Origin: Octopus sinensis
Taxonomy: Eukaryota
DNA: 64,000 nucleotides
Reading direction: 5' to 3'
NCBI RefSeq assembly: GCF_006345805.1
Contig: NC_043000.1
Span: 154,194,001-154,258,000 of the forward strand
In this document: positions 45,217 to 51,649 of the stretch, one piece after another
Position numbering within the stretch: position 1 is the first letter of the stretch
How the letters are laid out: each line of letters starts with the position of its first letter
Translations under genes and position numbers: made by a program
Notes under the pieces: model-generated
What the model saw: only the letters and a program-made list of their open reading frames with translations
Told to the model about the DNA's origin: nothing
Databases searched by the model: none

Positions 45217-47927
45217 TCTTGTTACTGGGGTACAGATTGTAAACCATCATCTGGGCCTTAGATACCTTTATCAGAATAAACTATTGCAGTTATTTCAGTC
45301 TACATCTCTGGTAGGTGGAAGTTATCCTCAACAAGTTTCAGAGGGACCTGAAAAATATTCATGGGGATTTCTTTTCCTTCTGACCAAACCATGTAAAATA
45401 GAGTAAAAAGTTTAGGTCTTTTCTTCTTTACTTTTTAACATCTTTGGGTCTATGATATAAACTTTGTTTTAAAGTGATCTAACATAAAATTCCATCAAAA
45501 TTTCATTTATGTATGGAACAAACTTAGTTATTTTACTAGTCTTATTTTCAAAATTAACAGCAACAAGGGATTTCTTACTGGTTGAGTAACTATAGAAACT
45601 CTTTTGCGGGCTCATATATCAACGGTTGTTAGATTCACATTTCCCCACCTTGCTTTTCTCAGACCTTTCTGCTTACCTTAAAAATTGCATTAGGTTGAGC
45701 TTTTTCCCCTCCTCATTCAGGTCTTCAACTACTGATCAGATGTCAAGCTAACTATAATAAATTAATGAAAAAGAATCTCATTTCAAGGAGACTAAGCACC
45801 AGAAATAATTGCTGTAAAATTTAGTGAGGAGAGGGGGAAAAAAATTTAGGGATTAATCAACTTTCTCCAGTTGAAGAAGGGAGACAACTCCAAGAATTTC
45901 AGTCGTCAGTGGAAGTAAAACAATTAACTTTACTTATTGACCCTCTGTTTACATTAGGAAAATATTCATTAAGAAGTGGAGGGGGGGAGGCTCCAACAGG
46001 AACTAGAAAATAAGATTGATAATTGAATCATACATTTAACTGAACCACAGAAAACTGTTCTCAGGGAGAAGGAGAAATAACACAGGTGATACAAAAAAAA
46101 TGAAGTTAATGCTATGGATTTTGTTACAAACAACTTCTGAATAGCAACCAATTTAGAGTGGATACAGCAGAATTATAAAGGATTAAAGTCTTTATTGGGG
46201 GAATATATGGACTAGAGTATAGATTTTTTTTTTTCTCTTTTTGAAATAATTGGAAATATATCATCTCATATACACTAAACACTCTTTACTTGTGGACCTT
46301 GAAAAGGAAGTTTAAGCATTGGATGGGGTTTTGATAATGTTATTATGAAATAGTCTGGTAAGGCAGCATGCTGGCAAGATTATTAGCACACCGAGCAAAA
46401 TGCTTAGCAATATTTCAAAGGTGGCGAGCTGGCAGAAACATTAGCACGCCAGGCAAAAGAGTTCCGGGGTTGATAAAGTACCAGTTGCATACTAGGGTCT
46501 ATCTAATCGACTGGCTCCCTCTCCAAAAGTTTCGGGCTTTGTACCTAGAGTAGAAAAAAATATTTCATGTCTATGTTCTGAGTTCAAATTCTACCAAGGT
46601 TGACTTTGCCTTTCAATTTGAGGTGAATGAAATAAGTACCAGTTGAACACTCAGGTCAATCTAATCGACTGACCTCCTCCCCAGAAATTGCTGGCCTTGT
46701 GCCAAAATTTGAAATCAATATGAAAGTCCTTAAAAGAAGGAAAATATCTTGAGACAAGTTGTCAAGCAGTTTTTTGAGTATGGGGTTAATATCTTGTAAT
46801 AGTTTTTGTTTTACTATAAATGGTTCTATATTTTTTTTAGAGCCAAAAAGATAAGGAACACATTGGTAGTGCAAAGAAATTGAAACTTAATCTCAGCTTA
46901 ATTAGGAGCATTATCATATGAGCAGATTAGTCATAGTCTGTTATTGGAGCATACAGTAATGGTTAGAGACATTGAATCTAAAAGATACAGCGTAAAAGAA
47001 TTAAATAGAGAGATTTCCTTGATAAAGAGGGGAAAGTGATAGATCATGAAGGAACAACAAAGTTGGATTAAGGGATAAAGAAGACTATCATCGTAGGACC
47101 TCATTTAACCAATAGAAAGGTTTCAGATACTGTTTCCATAAAAACTGTATACAATATTAGTTATATTACTGAAACAAAATATAAACCCTTTTGTTACCAA
47201 CCTGGCTGAAACCAGCTCTGGCTCTGAGACAAATGTCTTGTTTTCATAAGTTTTGAATTAAAATCTTCCACCAAACCTTAGTCACAATTTATGTTCTTAA
47301 CACTAGCTGAATGATAACGAAGTTATTTTACTAAATACCCTCTGTGTGAAAAGTCTGGCTGCATCCGCAAAAATATATATTATGAAACAAAAATAAACAA
47401 AATTTATTACACGAATCTGTTCCCACCACGACAGTCAACCATTTGACGCTGAACATGAGTTTGATGTTGAATACATCCATGAATTTTCTGCTCAGATAGC
47501 TCTTCCTAAGACTGTAAGACTGCTTCATGCAAATCATGCCTCGTTGTAGGGTTTTTCAGTTCAACTTTATCGGCCAAAACTTTGAAAATGCCCTCATCTA
47601 ATGGATTCCACGTGTAAACAGGTGTTGAATAGAACTCACTGAATAAATCTTAATTAACTGTGTTGTCAATTGTATGCACCTGACATATGCTAACGTGTAT
47701 GCAGCCAGACTTTTCACACAGAGGATACTTTGTTATATATAAAGTAATTGAAAGAAACACAGAGCATCTCAAAATAAATACAGTAACGAAAGGGTTAATC
47801 TCTATTTCTGATTTCTTTTCTACAGTTGCATTATGTTGGGAGAGGAACATTAGCAACGGCAGCTGTTGGAATTGCTACAGAACACCAGAAAGAAGCCCAG
47901 CAGTTGATTGCAGAAACTTTCCAGTGA
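309..47927 (+). CDS. DHTKD1: 2-oxoadipate dehydrogenase complex E1 (DHTKD1), spliced gene with 19 exons in the window; 5' exons lie upstream
   Basis: All 19 exons are bounded by AG/GT with consistent phases and join into a 741-aa ORF ending in TGA. Motifs include [27 protein letters not shown]...NNQIGFTT (ThDP binding), [49 protein letters not shown] and CSGKHFY. The variants match DHTKD1 rather than OGDH. Confidence 0.96.
670..981 (+). mobile_element. Older diverged relative of SINE family 1
   Basis: Degenerate core, ggtcgatttg...ccagtatggccacag block and gaaacaagtaaa tail. Confidence 0.6.
982..1396 (+). mobile_element. SINE family 2 (tail A), internally duplicated or self-nested, with a 19-bp TSD
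   Basis: GGAAACAAGTAAATGATAA at 963-981 and 1397-1415; the core gaggtcgactttgcctttcatcctttcggggtcgat occurs twice. Confidence 0.88.
1461..1558 (+). CDS. DHTKD1: DHTKD1 exon B ([33 protein letters not shown])
   Basis: tttctttcag / gtatgt; 98 nt. Confidence 0.94.
1639..2071. mobile_element. MITE with about 50-bp TIRs and an 8-bp TSD (Merlin-like)
   Basis: TIR GGCGA(A/T)GTTTCG(G/C)TTGTCGTAGCACACGTTTCCGTC...TTTCCGTAAAAAA; TSD GTCTATTT at 1631-1638 and 2072-2079. Confidence 0.82.
2958..3492 (-). mobile_element. CR1-type LINE family A, 5'-truncated 3' end
   Basis: The - strand encodes ...RGHVYKVRK...[18 protein letters not shown]...SFK (CR1 ORF2 C-terminus) with an (ATT)n tail. Confidence 0.8.
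3768..3831 (+). CDS. DHTKD1: DHTKD1 exon C ([21 protein letters not shown])
   Basis: cttatag / gtaagt; 64 nt; GDVLSHL motif. Confidence 0.93.
3874..4173 (+). mobile_element. Non-autonomous Helitron, copy 1
   Basis: 5' TC(TTTATATATAAAAG), 3' GC-rich GAGCAACGCCGGGCG...CTAG, inserted between A and T, no TSD. Confidence 0.85.
4865..5776 (-). mobile_element. Probable solo LTR (912 bp)
   Basis: Termini TGTGCCA...TGCTACA; flanks AATA/GATA (4-bp TSD with one mismatch); CCAAT-type boxes at 5594-5660; AATAAA on - at 4916-4921. Confidence 0.45.
6032..6105 (+). CDS. DHTKD1: DHTKD1 exon D ([25 protein letters not shown])
   Basis: gttttcag / gtaagt; 74 nt; NPSHLE motif. Confidence 0.94.
6186..6356 (+). 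mobile_element. RTE 3'-end repeat (family 3) with (GAT)n tail
   Basis: cactacactctcggagtggttggcgttaggaagggcatc...gttaaacgatgatgat; same sequence as the 3' end of the RTE at 23937. Confidence 0.85.
6851..7077 (-). mobile_element. SINE family 2 (tail A)
   Basis: Reverse complement of the head aaggcggcaagctggcagaaacgttagc plus core. Confidence 0.85.
7754..8157 (+). mobile_element. SINE family 1, full length
   Basis: tRNA-like A box (TGGCTGTGTGG) and B box (GGTTCAGTCC), core, microsatellite and tail. Confidence 0.9.
8231..8371 (+). CDS. DHTKD1: DHTKD1 exon E ([13 protein letters not shown]...[13 protein letters not shown])
   Basis: ttaacag / gtactt; 141 nt; HGDA ThDP motif. Confidence 0.94.
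8560..8985 (-). mobile_element. Tc1/mariner superfamily DD37D (maT) transposase relic
   Basis: [23 protein letters not shown]...[20 protein letters not shown]; exactly 37 residues between the 2nd and 3rd Asp; frameshifted. Confidence 0.85.
9082..9241 (+). mobile_element. RTE 3'-end repeat (family 3), diverged
   Basis: Family 3 consensus with (GAT)n tail. Confidence 0.75.
9455..9846 (+). mobile_element. SINE family 1, full length, flanked by (TA)n
   Basis: Family consensus; (TA)n on both sides. Confidence 0.9.
10460..10575 (+). CDS. DHTKD1: DHTKD1 exon F ([38 protein letters not shown])
   Basis: atttcag / gtgagt; 116 nt. Confidence 0.94.
11210..11345 (+). mobile_element. tRNA-derived SINE head, family 4 (diverged)
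   Basis: tggcctagcggt...gtgtcccttagcaaagcatttcagttcatgttgctc; related to 26105-26445. Confidence 0.55.
11775..12325 (+). mobile_element. R4/Dong-type non-LTR retrotransposon, 3' RLE endonuclease fragment
   Basis: Frameshifted KLAQKE..., [42 protein letters not shown], and a GALG-like segment; (TAA)n tail. Confidence 0.8.
12642..12717 (+). CDS. DHTKD1: DHTKD1 exon G ([26 protein letters not shown])
   Basis: ttcttccag / gtatgt; 76 nt. Confidence 0.92.
12780..13060 (+). mobile_element. RTE 3'-end repeat (family 3) with upstream tandem units
   Basis: gtgccggtggcacgtaaaaagca units plus (GAT)n. Confidence 0.85.
13494..13662 (+). mobile_element. RTE 3'-end repeat (family 3)
   Basis: Family 3 consensus with (GAT)n tail. 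Confidence 0.85.
14025..14350 (-). mobile_element. RTE-type LINE AP-endonuclease fragment
   Basis: [35 protein letters not shown]...[24 protein letters not shown] is an APE N-terminus (NV, IQE motifs). Confidence 0.85.
15697..15909 (-). mobile_element. SINE family 2 (tail B)
   Basis: Same head and core as family 2; tail ...ccaaaatttcaggccttgtgcctatagtagaaaag. Confidence 0.85.
16091..16487 (+). mobile_element. Non-autonomous Helitron, copy 2
   Basis: A|TC...CTAG|T; internal tandem duplication of about 95 bp. Confidence 0.85.
16603..16794 (+). CDS. DHTKD1: DHTKD1 exon H ([43 protein letters not shown]...YAQQLT)
   Basis: ctgccag / gtaaaa; 192 nt. Confidence 0.94.
16904..17297 (-). mobile_element. 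SINE family 1, full length
   Basis: Reverse complement of the family consensus. Confidence 0.9.
17594..17839 (+). mobile_element. RTE 3'-end repeat (family 3)
   Basis: Family 3 consensus with (GAT)n tail. Confidence 0.85.
17890..18330 (+). mobile_element. Hero/NeSL-like (RLE-class) non-LTR 3' fragment
   Basis: Degenerate GVKGFI...[29 protein letters not shown] resembles the EVGCRGF...AAEKAS.WLW.KR C-terminus; the rest is probably 3' UTR. Confidence 0.5.
18727..18828 (+). CDS. DHTKD1: DHTKD1 exon I ([34 protein letters not shown])
   Basis: aatcag / gtaaac; 102 nt, phase 0/0. Poorly conserved segment, but its length fits the gap between exons H and J. Confidence 0.82.
19150..19401 (+). mobile_element. 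RTE 3'-end repeat (family 3)
   Basis: Family 3 consensus with (GAT)n tail. Confidence 0.85.
20260..20775. mobile_element. TA-flanked MITE (Tc2/pogo-like)
   Basis: TIR CCGTAAA(A)TCCTCG(A/G)GTATA; TA at 20258-20259 and 20776-20777. Confidence 0.8.
21104..21235 (+). CDS. DHTKD1: DHTKD1 exon J ([44 protein letters not shown])
   Basis: atacag / gtaagt; 132 nt. Confidence 0.92.
21347..21720 (-). mobile_element. SINE family 1
   Basis: Reverse complement of the family consensus with a small internal deletion. Confidence 0.88.
22200..22640 (+). mobile_element. Two adjacent RTE 3'-end repeats (22200-22350, 22472-22640)
   Basis: Family 3 consensus. Confidence 0.75.
23110..23258 (+). mobile_element. 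SINE family 2, 5'-truncated
   Basis: Core plus tail A. Confidence 0.85.
23297..23417 (+). CDS. DHTKD1: DHTKD1 exon K ([40 protein letters not shown])
   Basis: ctttcag / gtattc; 121 nt; DWATAE motif. Confidence 0.94.
23508..23682. repeat. Minisatellite: 13-bp ACTAGGGTAATA(G/T) subunits in 47/60/47-bp higher-order units
   Basis: AGAGAAATATACTAGGG recurs at 23508, 23555, 23615 and 23662. Confidence 0.9.
23937..25450 (-). mobile_element. 5'-truncated RTE LINE (RT C-terminal half plus 3' UTR tandem array), decayed
   Basis: [58 protein letters not shown]; its 3' end is the family 3 sequence. Confidence 0.9.
25690..25940 (+). mobile_element. Fragment with C2H2 zinc finger(s), probably a LINE C-terminus
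   Basis: [21 protein letters not shown] is a perfect CX2CX12HX3H; a second degenerate finger (CNLCG...RFH) lies in another frame; no splice context. Confidence 0.55.
26105..26445 (-). mobile_element. tRNA-derived SINE family 4
   Basis: The - strand starts AGGCATGTGACTTAGTGGTTAGAGCATTGG...GTTCTTGAGCAAGACACTTTATTTCAC; an internally deleted copy lies at 61920-62150. Confidence 0.7.
26553..27140 (-). mobile_element. RTE 3' UTR with expanded tandem array (family 3)
   Basis: (CAT)n tail, consensus, and several units of about 65 bp. Confidence 0.85.
27407..27546 (+). CDS. DHTKD1: DHTKD1 exon L ([47 protein letters not shown])
   Basis: cctgtag / gtaagt; 140 nt. Confidence 0.95.
27687..28089 (+). 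mobile_element. SINE family 1, full length
   Basis: Family consensus. Confidence 0.9.
28577..28733 (+). CDS. DHTKD1: DHTKD1 exon M ([52 protein letters not shown])
   Basis: ttaaag / gtaagt; 157 nt. Confidence 0.93.
28795..29328 (-). mobile_element. CR1-type LINE family B (GC-rich), 3' end, copy 1
   Basis: [13 protein letters not shown]...[10 protein letters not shown]...[16 protein letters not shown]...RLRGH...[13 protein letters not shown]; (TAAC)n tail. Confidence 0.9.
29893..30290 (+). mobile_element. CR1-type LINE family A, 3' end
   Basis: Same sequence as 2958-3492 in the opposite orientation. Confidence 0.8.
30756..30810 (+). mobile_element. hAT (Charlie-like) terminal relic
   Basis: CAGTGGTTCCCAACC is a typical hAT-Charlie TIR start; no partner TIR found. 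Confidence 0.3.
31322..31422 (+). CDS. DHTKD1: DHTKD1 exon N ([34 protein letters not shown])
   Basis: ttcttcag / gtaaaa; 101 nt. Confidence 0.95.
31588..31958 (-). mobile_element. RTE 3' UTR repeat (family 3)
   Basis: (CAT)n tail, consensus and tandem units. Confidence 0.85.
31984..32374 (+). mobile_element. SINE family 1, flanked by (TA)n
   Basis: Family consensus. Confidence 0.9.
32923..33329 (-). mobile_element. SINE family 1, full length
   Basis: Reverse complement of the family consensus. Confidence 0.9.
33575..33872 (-). mobile_element. tRNA-derived SINE with a V-domain-like block (family 5)
   Basis: Head GGCACATGGCCTAGTGGTTAG...GATTCGAATCTC; block CTGCGACGGACCGGCGTCCCGTCCAGG resembles the V-SINE conserved domain (from memory). 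Confidence 0.65.
34068..34169 (+). CDS. DHTKD1: DHTKD1 exon O ([34 protein letters not shown])
   Basis: tatgtag / gtaagt; 102 nt. Confidence 0.94.
35955..36395 (+). mobile_element. CR1-type LINE family A, 3' end
   Basis: [46 protein letters not shown]; (ATT)n tail. Confidence 0.82.
36425..36808 (+). mobile_element. Non-autonomous Helitron, copy 3
   Basis: A|TC...CTAG|T; internal duplication as in copy 2. Confidence 0.85.
36984..37229 (+). CDS. DHTKD1: DHTKD1 exon P ([20 protein letters not shown]...CSGKHFY...AIIRLE)
   Basis: attgcag / gtaagt; 246 nt. Confidence 0.95.
37285..37930 (+). mobile_element. SINE family 1b (family 1 head and core with an RTE-like tail), interrupted by a family 2 SINE at 37441-37674
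   Basis: 15-bp TSD AGAAACTGAAAGAAG at 37425-37439 and 37675-37689. Confidence 0.8.
38108..38509 (-). mobile_element. SINE family 1
   Basis: Reverse complement of the family consensus. Confidence 0.88.
39770..40025 (+). mobile_element. Penelope-like element reverse transcriptase relic
   Basis: Frameshifted [19 protein letters not shown] (YRDDGL-type catalytic motif) and KFQNIILDL...KKPNEETVY. Confidence 0.65.
40201..40264 (+). CDS. DHTKD1: DHTKD1 exon Q ([21 protein letters not shown])
   Basis: attccag / gtataa; 64 nt. Confidence 0.92.
40420..40683 (+). mobile_element. RTE 3'-end repeat (family 3)
   Basis: Family 3 consensus with (GAT)n tail. Confidence 0.85.
41511..41906 (+). mobile_element. 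SINE family 1, inserted in a decayed TTAA-type MITE (about 41360-41975)
   Basis: Family consensus; flanks join into the sequence seen uninterrupted at 57384-57560. Confidence 0.85.
42126..42742 (-). mobile_element. SINE family 1 with a palindromic insert in its microsatellite
   Basis: Reverse complement of the consensus, interrupted at about 42361-42562. Confidence 0.85.
42944..43029 (+). CDS. DHTKD1: DHTKD1 exon R ([29 protein letters not shown])
   Basis: tttgcag / gtaagt; 86 nt. Confidence 0.94.
43611..43833 (-). mobile_element. SINE family 2 (tail A)
   Basis: Reverse complement of the family consensus. Confidence 0.88.
45178..45212. repeat. Poly(A) run
   Basis: About 35 consecutive A. 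Confidence 0.9.
46361..46715 (+). mobile_element. Family 2 SINE nested in an older family 2 SINE (both tail B)
   Basis: TSD AATATTTCA at 46409-46417 and 46559-46567. Confidence 0.78.
47186..47794. mobile_element. piggyBac-like TTAA MITE interrupted by a second TIR element
   Basis: CCCTTTTGTTAC...GTAACGAAAGGG|TTAA; uninterrupted copy at 55208-55420. Confidence 0.82.
47339..47724. mobile_element. MITE with perfect 26-bp TIRs, superfamily unresolved
   Basis: CCTCTGTGTGAAAAGTCTGGCTGCAT ... ATGCAGCCAGACTTTTCACACAGAGG; flanked by ATAC on both sides. Confidence 0.85.
47826..47927 (+). CDS. DHTKD1: DHTKD1 terminal coding exon ([33 protein letters not shown])
   Basis: ttctacag acceptor; TGA at 47925-47927; resembles the family C-terminus (AVGI...H). 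Confidence 0.92.
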   Translation: MHYVGRGTLATAAVGIATEHQKEAQQLIAETFQ

Positions 47928-48347
47928 ATATTTTCTATCTTCCTCAATTCTTGGCAGCTTTAGTAAGCTTATAAAGCAATAATGCTTCTAAGCTTAATTC
48001 TTTCGTATCAAATAGAAGAAAAATCGTGTTGAAATTATTTTTTAACGAACATAATAGCTATCTGATTGTGAATGAATTATGTATATATTGTAGATAATTT
48101 GCAACTTATATACAAAAAAACAGTTGGTAGACACAGCCAATTTGGACACATATGAAAGAAATATTTTAAAAGAAATCTTGACCAAACGATTTCATAGTAT
48201 TACTTTCACTGTGGATTATGATTATATGTATGTGTGTGAGAAAGAGAGAGAATGGAAGTTTTCCTATAGACAAATTTACGCTCGAGATTTATTTTCATAT
48301 CTTAAATTTACATACCTTTTGTAAGGTTGAAGAATGTCTCTAGGCTG

Positions 48348-48353
48348 AATAAA
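48348..48353 (+). terminator. Candidate DHTKD1 polyadenylation signal (AATAAA)
   Basis: AATAAA about 420 nt after the stop, followed by an A-run and a T/G-rich tract; the A-run could also cause internal priming. Confidence 0.45.
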
Positions 48354-48771
48354 GTGAGAAAAAAAAAAGTACTTGTTGATCCTTGGAGAAAATATTCAGT
48401 GTTTTGATTCTATAACAATCATCTTAGGGTAGGATGATTTAACTATAGGATTCAGATTATTCTGTTAAATATAATGCTTATTTTATTCAAATTGTTCTGA
48501 ATTTATCTCACGTTATCTTGTAGCTTTGAGATTTCAATTCTGTGATAGTTTATTTTTAGATTGATATTGCAGGGTTGGTGTGAGAAGCTGGATTTGACCA
48601 ATGTGAACATAAAATGGGGAAAACATTTGAGTGGGATTTGGCCGGTTTAAATGCTAAAGCCTAAACTAAGCATAATAGTAAGCTTGAAACAGCAGTTGAC
48701 CGAATGCTGTTGTGATGAACAAGCCGCATCAAATGCTAACTCAGAATACAGTATCAAACACAGCACGTCTT

Positions 48772-49175
48772 GAGTTAGTTAATTTTTTGGCTCAAACAGC
48801 AAAAAGCAAGGCCATGTAGGGGGACATGGAGTTATGTACAGGGTGGTGTTCATGTAAAGAGTTCAGGCCACTTGTGGTCAAGGGAGACTTTGAACCGAGC
48901 GGTCGTCGGCATCTTCACCATCTCGTCTGGCAGCTTATTCCACGGATCCGCAACCCGGACGGAGAAAGCCTCTCTCCTTCGATTCAGATGAAATCGTCGC
49001 AGATAGAGCTTTTCGGAGTGACCCCGCAGCCGACGCTCTGGAGCAGGAGTGAAGAACAGCTCTTTCGAGAGGTTACACTTTCCGCTTATGATGTTGTGAG
49101 CAAGAATGAGATCACCACGGCGGCGGCGTTTTTCTAGAGAATAAAGGATGAGCGTCTTCAGCCTTTCTTCATAAG
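48772..49175 (-). mobile_element. CR1-type LINE family B, 3' end, copy 2
   Basis: Intact 109-aa ORF2 C-terminus (48850-49179); about 97% identical by eye to 28795-29190. Confidence 0.9.
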
Positions 49176-49519
49176 ACAAATTCTTTTTGTTTTACTAATT
49201 AAACTTTAGGTAATTATAGAAACAAATAAAAGTAAACTTCTATAAACATTTACTGGTTCTTTCTTGTTACTGGTATATCTATCACTAGCATTAACTATTC
49301 ACTGGTTTTTAATAAATAGATTTTTTGTTTTTTTAAAAACATTTATTGCTGCTTTTGTTTCCTCTTTAACCCCTTTCCAACTTCAATGCAGCTCATTTAT
49401 GTATTTTTTGCCATCTCCAACTTTTTGAATCTTGTCCGGTAGGACAAGTGAGACCATCACCCATGGCCTCAGTCCACTTATGCATACCTTTCCTTCTTGG
49501 GACACAAAACCCTACTTGT

Positions 49520-49912
49520 GAAGACCTGTTGAGGCAAGTGAAAGTCAAACAATCAAAAATCAAAATTGATCAACATGAATGGAAATTGTTGCTGTGATAT
49601 CAGTGCTGGTGGCACATAAGAGAACCATCTGAACGTGGCCGTTGCCAGTGCCGCCCTGACTGGCTTCCGTGCCGGTGGCACGTAAAAGCACCATCCAATC
49701 GTAGCCATTTGCCAGACTTGTCTGGCACCTGTGCAGGTGGCACGTAAAAAGCACCCACTACACTCATGGAGTGGTTGGCATTAGGAAGGGCATCCAACCG
49801 TAGAAACATTGCCAGATCAGACTGGTGCAGCCTTCTGGCTTCCCAGACCCCAGTTGCACTGTCCAACCCATGCCAGCATGGAAAGCGGACGCTAAACGAT
49901 GATGATGATGAT
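49520..49912 (+). mobile_element. RTE 3' UTR repeat (family 3)
   Basis: Family 3 consensus, tandem units and (GAT)n tail. Confidence 0.85.
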
Positions 49913-50054
49913 AAGTTTAGAAACTTAGGTTGTCAACATTTTTTCAAAACCAGTAATTTTTTTTTTTAACTAAGTGTGTACACGAGACAGCTGGAGGAGG
50001 GAAGAAACATTCAAATCTGAAGAAAAACAAAAGACCAATAAAACAAGCAATAAA

Positions 50055-50060
50055 TTTATT
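50055..50060 (-). terminator. Candidate FERMT polyadenylation signal (about 1.3 kb 3' UTR)
   Basis: TTTATT on + (AATAAA on -), followed on the - strand by a GT/T-rich tract. Confidence 0.4.
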
Positions 50061-51358
50061 TTACAATTTCATTAGAAAAAAAAAATTCATAAAAATAAAC
50101 CCCTCCCATATCCCTAACTATTAAAAATAAACCCCTACCAGATTCCCAACCAAATTAGTTAAATTTATTTGTGACTGAGCAGATGAAAAACTACTCAAGG
50201 TAAGTTCTGTTCTTTTCTCTCTCAAACATGCATGCTAACACACATACACACAAACTCCCAGAATTGAGCGAGTTTAAGCTGATAGTAACTCCCAGCTGGA
50301 GCATAAAGTTAATCTTTACATTTTCAGTTAAAACAATGTCTTTTTTAAGATTTAATTTAATATTTAAGAAATGATTTTAATGGGAGAGTTATTTAAATTT
50401 AACTGCTGAGGTGAGGGATTAAATTGAATTGACCTAAGGTTTTATCAATGTCGTTCTTATTCCACAAGATTTTGTTTTTACGAAAAAAAAACCCCCCAGA
50501 AGCAAGAGCAGAAATCTGGGGCAATAAAGGGAGAGATGTGGCAATATCAATGGCTGAAGTGTGATATTGGTAAGGTAACATGAACCTCCTTGCAAGCTTC
50601 TTGCCTTATCATTCAGTGAAGGAGCAACAAAACAGTAAAGCTACCAAAGTACCACTGGGCTTTTGCATTTATGTTATAAAAACAGGTTCTATCAGGTAAT
50701 TAAAAATTCAGCCCTAAAATTGATTCACATTTTTTTTTTTAAATGCGACTGCTTAATAATGTTTGTGTTGATGTGTGTGCACACATTCTCTAATCTGCAA
50801 GAGGTTTCCAGAGTAAAAACTAGATTACACTCTCAACAGAATCACCTGCATGGAAAGCAAGCAGCTTTATTTATGGAAAAAAAAAAAAAAAAGGCATCTA
50901 TACAAATTTGCCTACAAGGCTAAACAATTTCATGCTGACAACTCATATTACCTTCTTTTCAACTACCTTTTTTTTTTGTATTTTAATTAAAAGCCTTTTT
51001 TTAATGTGTGAATGTGTGTGTGTTAAATATATAATTTGTCATGGAGAAGCATAAAAGTATATTTTAAACCCCCAAGATATTTTCTTAAAACTTAAAGTAT
51101 ACAAAAAAAAAAAAAAAAATATGGAAGTCTGTAGCTAGTAGAGACAAAATCAAGTTCTGAAGTTTTGCATGCCTTATGTATGGGTTTTAGAAAATAATTG
51201 CCTCCTTGATAGAATCGTAGGAATACATACAATAGTTTACAGCAAGAATCCATGTGTCAGGTTTGTTGAGGAACTGAAATGTGACTCCTTAATAATGGTA
51301 ACGGGGTCGGTCACATTTGCAGAAATCAACAAGTCTCTACAGAAGTTAATGGGCAAGA

Positions 51359-51649
51359 TTACAATCTCCCACCAGTTAATTTATGGAAGAGAGCTTCATC
51401 TAATGTCTGGTTTTTGTCAGAAGAACGCATCGAGAGGAAAATGTAACCGCCTATAAACTCATGAACAACTTTGCAGTCTGCTGCGGGACTGTCAAAGACG
51501 ATATTCTCTTCTTCAAACTTCAGAATAACTTGCCGGGTTTCCCAGTTTACTGTCCATGTCTGCAGTGTGTTGTAACGCCATGTCTTAACAGAGTCGCCAG
51601 ACTGAAGATCCATCCGTATGATTCTGTTGTTTGCCACACCAATTAATTC
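51359..51649 (-). CDS. FERMT2: FERMT terminal coding exon, F3/PTB subdomain (ELIGVANNR...HKLTGGRL*)
   Basis: cttgcag acceptor; 291 nt; TAA stop. Confidence 0.95.
   Translation of the reverse strand, partial: ELIGVANNRIIRMDLQSGDSVKTWRYNTLQTWTVNWETRQVILKFEEENIVFDSPAADCKVVHEFIGGYIFLSMRSSDKNQTLDEALFHKLTGGRL

Noticed and set aside
309-47927. Alternative call of OGDH/OGDHL for the + strand gene
   Set aside because: Diagnostic variants ([42 protein letters not shown], ...GPWSFV) match DHTKD1; OGDH has KRFGLEG, SGQDVERGTFS and GMGPEHSSARPE.
50190-50206. Strong + strand donor CAAG|GTAAGT in the FERMT 3' UTR region
   Set aside because: No convincing upstream acceptor or ORF; such motifs are expected by chance in 64 kb.
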